Assembly: GCA_964483775.1 (NCBI GenBank)
Contig: CAZADA010000053.1
Location: forward strand, 1 to 19,134
DNA length: 19,134 nt
Direction: 5' to 3'
From: an uncultured Caulobacterales bacterium
GTDB taxonomy: Bacteria; Pseudomonadota; Alphaproteobacteria; Caulobacterales; Maricaulaceae
Shown: one piece after another, positions 1 to 5,695 of the stretch
Numbering within the stretch: the first letter of the stretch is position 1
Layout of the letters: each line of letters opens with the position of its first letter
The notes under the pieces: generated by a model
The model's input: the letters and a program-made list of their open reading frames with translations, nothing else
Told to the model about the DNA's origin: nothing
Database searches by the model: none
Position numbers and translations under genes: made by a program

Positions 1-178
1 CAATGGAGCCGTCCTTCGCCTGCTCGCGCAGCCATTCGCGCTCATCGGCTGAAAACCGCACCGAAAATGGCGGCGGATGCTTGCGACGTTCGCCATGACG
101 GCCCGGCGACGGTTTCGCTGTCTCAGAAGACTGAGCGCTGGCGTTGAAGGTGTCGGCGGGATCCTGTCGGTCGGTCAT
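1..178 (-). CDS. MobC-like mobilisation protein (ribbon-helix-helix), N-terminal part; the gene runs off the left edge of the window
   Basis: The reverse complement from ATG (comp 176-178) translates as MTDRQDPADTFNASAQSSETAKPSPGRHGERRKHPPPFSVRFSADEREWLREQAKDGSI. The basic stretch followed by VRFSADEREWLREQA matches the 'VRLSPEE..L...A' RHH signature of MobC-type relaxosome accessory proteins. A GGAAGG motif lies about 13 nt upstream. Not in the ORF table because it is open at the edge. Confidence 0.4.
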   Translation of the reverse strand, partial: MTDRQDPADTFNASAQSSETAKPSPGRHGERRKHPPPFSVRFSADEREWLREQAKDGSI

Positions 179-390
179 GGGCGCTGACCTTCCGTCCCAG
201 TCTGGACCAACTGATCCTCAACCTGGTGCGGCGCAGATCCGCGCAACGCTTGAAGTTGCTGCTCCCAAACGGCCAATTCTTCAAAGAGCGGGTTCGAAAC
301 CTCTCCCCAACTCCCCGCCACTTGTATTTGATTTAATTGGAAATTTTTGCAATAGTAGAATTCTACTAATAACCTACTGCAAGTTTTCAC
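175..390 (-). CDS. Hypothetical 71-aa ORF (possible relic 3' end of a gene disrupted by the island)
   Basis: Its stop TGA (comp 175-177) overlaps the ATG of the MobC-like gene as ATGA, a typical translational-coupling junction. Its 5' third lies in low-GC island DNA and its 3' two-thirds in high-GC DNA, so it is compositionally chimeric. Confidence 0.2.
   Translation of the reverse strand: MKTCSRLLVEFYYCKNFQLNQIQVAGSWGEVSNPLFEELAVWEQQLQALRGSAPHQVEDQLVQTGTEGQRP
353..368. promoter_or_regulatory. 16-bp perfect palindrome TAGTAGAATTCTACTA, a putative operator in the promoter region of the island cassette
   Basis: Perfect dyad read directly from the sequence. It lies 35-110 bp upstream of the candidate starts of ORF 403/478. 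Flanking -35-like hexamers (TTGATT at 328-333, TTGCAA at 347-352) place it over the -10/spacer region. Confidence 0.5.
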
Positions 391-402
391 TTAGTATTTT
401 CA

Positions 403-927
403 GTGGTAGGGCTTGCAGTGAACGTTCTTACCTGCGTTGTTTTGACTCACCTAAACAAGACTATTGAGGCAAGCAAGTTGACTACGCGCGACGAACTTTA
501 TGCTAAATTCGGAATAACCGCAGAAGCAGCGCAACTCTTTGAGACAGAACTTGGCACCCTTCTTTTAGCTGTAAACGCGCTGGAAAACGGCTGGCACATT
601 GAACCGGACCCAATGCAAGCGCGAAAGGCGCTCAACCAGATTGAGAAACACACCCTTGGTCGGCTGATTGGTGCATTGCGTGGGAAGGTGGAGTTTGAAG
701 GCGACTTAGAAGGCCGCTTCGCTTCGGCCTTGAAAGCACGTAATCGGCTTAACCACGGCTTCTATGAGCGACACAACTTCAAGATACAGTCGGACGAAGG
801 GCGTGACGTTATGTTTGCTGACTTAGATGTGTTACACGAAGAACTTTTCCAAGCATGGCAGATTGCCTCTGCAATGACTGATGCGATGTCAAAACTTGTT
901 CACAAGCTGCATTCAAGTACCAGTTAG
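403..927 (+). CDS. Hypothetical protein with a HEPN-like R-x4-H-x2-Y motif (ALKARNRLNHGFYERH); the likely true start is TTG 478
   Basis: ORF in the low-GC island. TTG at 478 is preceded by GAGG 9 nt upstream, giving 149 aa. The motif RNRLNHGFY in the C-terminal third resembles the Rx4-6H catalytic motif of HEPN RNases (compare HepT 'RNxxxHxY'). There is no other recognisable domain. Confidence 0.55.
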   Translation: MVGLAVNVLTCVVLTHLNKTIEASKLTTRDELYAKFGITAEAAQLFETELGTLLLAVNALENGWHIEPDPMQARKALNQIEKHTLGRLIGALRGKVEFEGDLEGRFASALKARNRLNHGFYERHNFKIQSDEGRDVMFADLDVLHEELFQAWQIASAMTDAMSKLVHKLHSSTS

Positions 928-1020
928 GAATTGTCACACGCATTGTTTGGTCAGCACGATGTTGTATGGGCCTTCTTTGCTTAGTACACTCTATGCGAGC
1001 ATTGAACTCAGGAGAAAACA

Positions 1021-1383
1021 TTGGAACCAATTGAAGTATTTGCCGATTTCTACCCCCCTCGTTGGGGGCATACTGACCGCTATAGGTTTGTATTTGCCAA
1101 GGACCGTTTGGAAATCGCGCATGGCGCGCGCAAATGTGCAGCCGTTTGGAGCGAAACTACTGACCCAACATGGGAAGGAGAACCGCTTGTCAGAACTATG
1201 AAGAACGATTCAATCTATCCGCCGGATGGGATTGAAGGCTTAATTGAGTTCCTCTGGCGGGCATGGCGCGACGCTCAACTCGACAGAGAACAGTTGCAGG
1301 ACGAATTAACTGCCTTTGTTAACTATGTTAATGCTTCGACAAACGCGAAGCCCGAAACCGATTTCTGGCGCGGTATATTCTAG
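1021..1383 (+). CDS. Hypothetical 120-aa protein, second gene of the island cassette
   Basis: TTG start with an AGGAG RBS 8 nt upstream. It shares strand and low GC with the 403-927 gene, separated by a 93-bp gap. No recognisable motif, and no GSx10DxD nucleotidyltransferase motif. Confidence 0.55.
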   Translation: MEPIEVFADFYPPRWGHTDRYRFVFAKDRLEIAHGARKCAAVWSETTDPTWEGEPLVRTMKNDSIYPPDGIEGLIEFLWRAWRDAQLDREQLQDELTAFVNYVNASTNAKPETDFWRGIF

Positions 1384-1419
1384 CAAGAAGACGCGATCAG
1401 TTAGCGAGAACTAGAGTGC

Positions 1420-1451
1420 GGCGGCGGTACTCCAACGAAGATACCGCCGCC
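1420..1451. terminator. GC-rich hairpin (10-bp stem GGCGGCGGTA/TACCGCCGCC, 12-nt loop) between convergent genes; possible bidirectional terminator
   Basis: Inverted repeat read directly. A nested alternative pairing CTCCAACG (1430-1437) / CGTTGGAG (1460-1467) exists. There is no U-tract. Confidence 0.25.
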
Positions 1452-1497
1452 TACGAACGCGTTGGAGGGCAGTACCAGTACCCCGCCGCGTTCGATG

Positions 1498-2748
1498 CTA
1501 TGGGTGCTTGCACAGGCGGGTGACTTCCGCCCGGTCGGTCGCAGGAATTGCCCACAGGGGGCAGGCAAGCACGGCCACGTCGTCTAAGTCCAGATCGCCC
1601 AGCCCTTCCGCTGACAAGGCGTCCGTAAGGCTCACAGCAGGGTCTTCTAGGGCGATGGTTAGCAAATCCGGCAATTCGACGCCCATCTTATGCCCAAACA
1701 GGTGATTGAAGCGCTCTACAAGCGCCCCGTGCCCATACGGCTCCATTTCTAGCCGGGCTTTGGGCATCGCGGCGGGCATCTGACCTGTGGGCACCAATAG
1801 GGCAAGCCCGTTTTCGGCCAACTCCGACAGGTCCGGCCAATCGGTGCTGCCGGGGTCTACCGGCAACAGTGTGGCATACGGGCCTATAAGCACTTGGTCT
1901 TTGCCCAATGGCGTGCGCCGCATACGCGACGTTTCTCGCAGGTCGGCGTGGGTTAGCACCCAGATGTCGCGCGCGGGCTTGGGCGTCATGTTCGGCGCCC
2001 GTACGAGCCTCTTGTCGCTATCGCCGATCACGGTGGGAATGTACGCCATGCCCAGCTCCGCCAGGGCGGCGTGATGCTGCAATTCGGCATGGTTATAGGC
2101 GCCGCGCGCGGGCAGGTGCGCATAGGGCGTCTCGGCGATCCAGCGTTGCGGCGCTCCCGATTTCCATCCAAGCCACACCGCGCCGCCCAAGGGATCCGAC
2201 AGATCGTAGCGCTCCAGATAGGCCGGGGTGGCGTAGCCGGTGGCCGCGCTCTGCAGCACCTTGCGTCCGACAAGTCCTTCGGGCGGGTTGTCATCGAGAA
2301 GGGTCATGCGCACGGCGATATCCGCCTCTCTGCGCGTGAGATCGGCGGCCTCATAGGTGATGTCGACGTGAAGATCGATCGCAGGGTGGGCGTCCTGAAA
2401 CGCGCGCCAGGGCTCAAGCAGGCAATAAAATGCGAGAAAATCCGGGACGCTGAGACGGATGGGCCCCTCCAAGCGCTCGTCCTTGCCGATGATTTTTCTG
2501 ACGCCGTCATCGATGGCGTCCTGCGCCCGAAGGAGTGCGCCCAACAGCGTGCGGCCCTCCTCGGTTAGGGCGAAGCCACGGGGTTGGCGATCATAAAGCC
2601 TCGCGCCCAGCTGCGCCTCCAGGGCGTGCAGTCTTCTGAGCAAAGTCGAATGGCTGACCTTAAGCGCCCCAGCGGCGCTGCGCAGCGTTGTTTCTTCGCC
2701 CATAGCGAGAAAACAGCGCAAATCGTCCCAATCCAACTGCGCGGCCAT
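1498..2748 (-). CDS. LysR-family transcriptional regulator (416 aa) with an atypical ~120-aa C-terminal extension
   Basis: N-terminus MAAQLDWDDLRCFLAMGEETTLRSAAGALKVSHSTLLRRLHALEAQLGARLYDRQPRGFALTEEGRTLL is a canonical LysR HTH. ATG at comp 2746-2748 has GGAG 7 nt upstream. The table ORF (to 3102) adds 118 aa that overlap the divergent gene and is taken as an artefact. The LysR fold ends near aa ~290, but the frame stays open to 1498. Confidence 0.8.
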   Translation of the reverse strand: MAAQLDWDDLRCFLAMGEETTLRSAAGALKVSHSTLLRRLHALEAQLGARLYDRQPRGFALTEEGRTLLGALLRAQDAIDDGVRKIIGKDERLEGPIRLSVPDFLAFYCLLEPWRAFQDAHPAIDLHVDITYEAADLTRREADIAVRMTLLDDNPPEGLVGRKVLQSAATGYATPAYLERYDLSDPLGGAVWLGWKSGAPQRWIAETPYAHLPARGAYNHAELQHHAALAELGMAYIPTVIGDSDKRLVRAPNMTPKPARDIWVLTHADLRETSRMRRTPLGKDQVLIGPYATLLPVDPGSTDWPDLSELAENGLALLVPTGQMPAAMPKARLEMEPYGHGALVERFNHLFGHKMGVELPDLLTIALEDPAVSLTDALSAEGLGDLDLDDVAVLACPLWAIPATDRAEVTRLCKHP

Positions 2749-2771
2749 GACGGCTCCGATGGTCTGTTTGC

Positions 2772-2786
2772 GCACCATAACGGTGC
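2772..2786. promoter_or_regulatory. Inverted repeat GCACC-N5-GGTGC in the lysR/SRPBCC divergent intergenic region (possible LysR box)
   Basis: Read directly from the sequence. It lies in the 108-bp divergent promoter region. It is not a textbook T-N11-A site. Confidence 0.25.
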
Positions 2787-2856
2787 AGTTTGGTCCATTT
2801 TCGTAAGGCTCTTCCCACTCCATGTCACGTTCGGAGCAAGAAACAGGAGGCCTCCC

Positions 2857-3288
2857 ATGAAACACTGCCGAGCCGAAGCGAGCCGCGACATCGCAGCGCC
2901 CGCCGATACGCTTTGGGCGACCATCGATCAGATGACGGGAATGGAAACCTGGTATCCAGGCCTGATCAGCGCGTCGCGTATCGAACAGAGCAACGGCGTC
3001 ACGCGACGCCTCTGCACGATGACCAATGGCGGGCAACTCGAAGAGCGGATTTTGCTCCGCGATCCCAAGACCCGAACCTTTGTCTACGCCATCGACAGCC
3101 ACCCGCTACCCGCTCGCGGCGTTGTCGGGTGTATCCGCATCGATGATCTCAGCGGAAAGAGCCATGTGACTTGGGACAGCCAGTTCATCGTTGACGATGC
3201 GGCGGCCGCGCAAACGCTGGAGATGGTTCGCGGCATGTATGTCGCCGGTCTCGACAGCCTGGCTAAACACCACACTGTGGGAGCATGA
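2857..3288 (+). CDS. SRPBCC-superfamily protein (polyketide cyclase/dehydrase-like, Bet v1 fold)
   Basis: ATG at 2857 with AGGAGG 6 nt upstream. The sequence IAAPADTLWATIDQMTGMETWYPGLISASRIE...TFVYAI...VTWDSQFIV is typical of the Polyketide_cyc2/SRPBCC family. It is divergent from the LysR gene. The table ORF from 2584 is an artefactual 5' extension. Confidence 0.7.
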   Translation: MKHCRAEASRDIAAPADTLWATIDQMTGMETWYPGLISASRIEQSNGVTRRLCTMTNGGQLEERILLRDPKTRTFVYAIDSHPLPARGVVGCIRIDDLSGKSHVTWDSQFIVDDAAAAQTLEMVRGMYVAGLDSLAKHHTVGA

Positions 3289-3518
3289 ACGCCATGTCGC
3301 TGATCAAACGCTTCACGACGCCGAATGTCGGGTCTGTTGACCGCCTCGTGCGGGCGCTTCCCTTCCTCGCGACCGTGGGCCTGTGGCTCGCCGGCGTTCT
3401 CTCAGGACCAGCTCTCATCATCGCCGGCGTTGTCTCGGCGATGCTGTTGCTGACGTCGATTATGGGACTGTGTTCGATCTACGCCATGCTCGGCATCAGC
3501 ACGCGGCGCGCCAGGTGA
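3285..3518 (+). CDS. DUF2892 (YgaP-like) small inner-membrane protein
   Basis: 77 aa. Motifs NVGSVDRLVRA and LLLTSIMGLCSIYAMLGIST match the DUF2892 consensus (N.G..DR..R ... G.CP.Y..G). Two hydrophobic helices. The start ATG overlaps the upstream stop (ATGA). Confidence 0.65.
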   Translation: MNAMSLIKRFTTPNVGSVDRLVRALPFLATVGLWLAGVLSGPALIIAGVVSAMLLLTSIMGLCSIYAMLGISTRRAR

Positions 3519-3688
3519 TGAGGGCCCTTGCGATCAAGCGTTTCGGAGGTGCGGAGACATTCGAGGCGATCGTCCGTGTCCGCGCCGACGGGTCGGAGCT
3601 GAAGAAGGCTCGGCCTGGATCGTTGTCGGCAAATGTCCAGGTCGCCGGGTCGTCAGGCGCAAACCCGCTCGGCGCCCAGCGTCAATAG
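3518..3688 (+). pseudogene. Truncated N-terminal fragment (56 codons) of an MDR-family quinone oxidoreductase / Zn-alcohol dehydrogenase-like gene
   Basis: MRALAIKRFGGAETFEAIVRVRADGSELKKARPGSLSANVQVAGSSGANPL resembles the N-terminus of Qor/MDR proteins (MKA.V...FGGPEVL...V.V.AAGVNP.D), then stops. The ATG overlaps the DUF2892 stop (TGATG). No continuation is seen in any frame downstream. Confidence 0.3.
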
Positions 3689-4286
3689 TCCTGCAGGCTC
3701 GCCTGTTTGTGGGCGCCCTCCCCCTCGCCAACAACCACAGCGCCGGCGCCCGGGAACCGCGCCGGCGCCCGCCAACGCTTGAGTCGCTGTGCCGGAGTCC
3801 CACCAGATCTGACGTCCCAATTGGCGTGCGCCAGCCCGGTCCAGGAAAAGACAGCCTCTTCCCAACGCTTCACCCATTCGGCATGACGCCGCGCCTTCTC
3901 CGCCCGCCTCTCCTCGTCTGACCGTTCCGCCATCGCGCCCTCCCCGCCGCCGCGTTATGGCCGCCCCGACCACGGCTCGCGACGGTCGAGCGCGCAGCGG
4001 CCCGCGCGGGGGACCCTGGCTTGGCGCACATCACAACGCGCGGATGCGCAAGGGACGCTTAAGACTGAGCGCGTACTCAGCGGATGGCGCCTTCAACGCG
4101 CATGACGACCATCGCCCAGAAACAGTCTTAAAGAGCCTGGACATAAGCCATCAACCGCCACGCCGGCCGTTCGTCCTGACGGCGACAAAGACCGTTGACG
4201 TCAGCCGGTAATCAGCCGACAGAAAACCGGCGTGACGAGGAGTATTCAATGGAGCGTTGGTAATCCAACGTCCAAGGGAGGTATGT

Positions 4287-5510
4287 GTGTCCAAGTCACC
4301 AGTGCTTGGCGCAGTGACGGGTACAGCCGCGATAGCGGTGTTGACGTGCACAGCGCCCGCCCAAGATCTCAAGGCCGTTCTCGACGATGGCAAGCCCATC
4401 CTCGATGTGCGCCTTCGCTATGAGTTTGTCGATCAAGATGGTTTTGCGCAGACGGCGAACGCCGCAACGCTCCGCACGAGGCTGGGGTTTGAGACCGGCG
4501 AGTGGGCTGGTTTCCGCGTGCTTCTTGAGGCGGAGAACATTACCGACCTCTCCGACGACGGGTTCAACTCGACCACAAACGGGCAATCCCAGTTCCCCGT
4601 TGTTGCAGATCCAGAGGCCACCGAGATCAATCGCGCGCTCGTCTCCTACACGGCAATTCCCAATACGGATGTCGTATTGGGGCGCCAGCGGATTATCCTG
4701 AACAACTCACGGTTTGTGGGGAATGTGGGATTTCGCCAGAACGAGCAGACCTTTGACGCCGTGAGCATCAGCCACAAACCGGTCGAGCCGGTGGAGCTCA
4801 CTTACATTTACATCGATCGCGTGCATCGCGTTTTCGGCGATGAAAACCCGGCCGGAGAGTTCAACAGCAACTCGCACGTTGTCCAAGCTGACATCACAAC
4901 GCCCATCGGCGACCTAAGCGCCTATGGTCTGCTTTTCGACTTTGATGATGCGCCCGCAGCATCCACCAATACGCTCGGTGCGCGTTTGACGGGTCCATTA
5001 GCGACGTTAGGCCAGATCACAACACGCTACACAGCAGAGTACGCGCATCAAACAGACGCCGCCGACAACGCCAACGAGTTTGATTTGAGCTACGCCTCAG
5101 CGTTACTGACAGCTCAGCGCAATCACTGGTCCGCCGGCTTCGGAGTCGAGTGGCTTGAGGGCGACGGCGCTGTTGGATTTTCAACGCCTCTCGGGACTTT
5201 ACACGCCTTTCAGGGCGCCGCGGATGTGTTTCTGACAACACCAGCGCAAGGCGTTCGGGATCTCTACGTTCAAGGTGGAACCACCCTTCCCAAGTCGCCA
5301 ATTGGTCGCGGCGCCAAACTGTTTGTGCGATATCACGACTTCACGAGCGATGACGGCGATCTGGATTTCGGGAGCGAGCTCAACACCGTCTTCGACATGA
5401 AGCTCACCGAGCTCGTCGACTTTCAAGCCAAGGCCGCCATCTATGATGGCGGTGACGATGGGTTCGCAGATCGCACCAAAGTGTGGGTCGCACTCCAATT
5501 GCGCTATTAG
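4287..5510 (+). CDS. Outer-membrane beta-barrel protein, alginate-export (AlgE-like) family
   Basis: GTG at 4287 with GGGAGG 5 nt upstream. Signal peptide MSKSPVLGAVTGTAAIAVLTCTAPA|QD. Family-typical segments ILDVRLRYEFVDQDGF, ATLRTRLGFE, RQRIILNNSRFVGNVGFRQNEQTFDAVSI. The protein ends in the aromatic residue ...LQLRY. Confidence 0.65.
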   Translation: MSKSPVLGAVTGTAAIAVLTCTAPAQDLKAVLDDGKPILDVRLRYEFVDQDGFAQTANAATLRTRLGFETGEWAGFRVLLEAENITDLSDDGFNSTTNGQSQFPVVADPEATEINRALVSYTAIPNTDVVLGRQRIILNNSRFVGNVGFRQNEQTFDAVSISHKPVEPVELTYIYIDRVHRVFGDENPAGEFNSNSHVVQADITTPIGDLSAYGLLFDFDDAPAASTNTLGARLTGPLATLGQITTRYTAEYAHQTDAADNANEFDLSYASALLTAQRNHWSAGFGVEWLEGDGAVGFSTPLGTLHAFQGAADVFLTTPAQGVRDLYVQGGTTLPKSPIGRGAKLFVRYHDFTSDDGDLDFGSELNTVFDMKLTELVDFQAKAAIYDGGDDGFADRTKVWVALQLRY

Positions 5511-5607
5511 TCACAGGTGCGACTGCTTACAGCAGCTGACCGTCAAGCCATTGAAATGAAAGGCCAGGCGTCCTGAGAACGTGCGCCATTGCCCAACAGG
5601 CTTGCCT

Positions 5608-5625
5608 GATCACAGACGTGTGATC
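5608..5625. promoter_or_regulatory. Inverted repeat GATCACA-GACG-TGTGATC upstream of the RTX gene (possible operator)
   Basis: 7-bp perfect arms with a 4-bp spacer, read directly from the sequence. It lies ~75-95 bp upstream of the candidate starts at 5696/5714. Confidence 0.3.
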
Positions 5626-5695
5626 GAATAGATCTCCCCTCTGCCGTGTTCTCCCACCGTGACGGGCTCCAAGGCCCCGTGCACCGGGGACCAAC

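Noticed and set aside
290-1500. Target-site duplications or direct repeats flanking the low-GC island
   Set aside because: Only weak similarity was seen between the left junction (ATTCTTCAAAGAG, ~270-285) and the right junction (ATTCTAGCAAGAAG, ~1386-1400). It is too degenerate to call, and no integrase or transposase is present, so the insertion mechanism is left unassigned.
2749-3102. N-terminal 118-aa extension of the 534-aa minus ORF, and the 2584-2856 part of the plus ORF
   Set aside because: The LysR HTH begins at the internal Met (2748) with a good RBS. The extension would overlap the well-supported divergent SRPBCC gene (AGGAGG RBS at 2857). Both extensions are read-through artefacts of high-GC open frames.
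3682-3933. 83-aa minus ORF MAERSDEERRAEKARRHAEWVKRWEEAVF…
   Set aside because: The first ~30 codons look protein-like but the rest is compositionally implausible. There is no RBS and no recognisable family, so I could not support it as a gene. It is kept only as a note inside the degraded-region finding.
4196-4205. TGACGTCA perfect 8-bp palindrome (CRE-like) ~90 bp upstream of the AlgE-like gene, with a nearby 6-bp IR GCCGGT/ACCGGC
   Set aside because: An 8-bp palindrome is expected by chance at appreciable frequency in 19 kb of GC-rich DNA. No second half-site or promoter context supports it.
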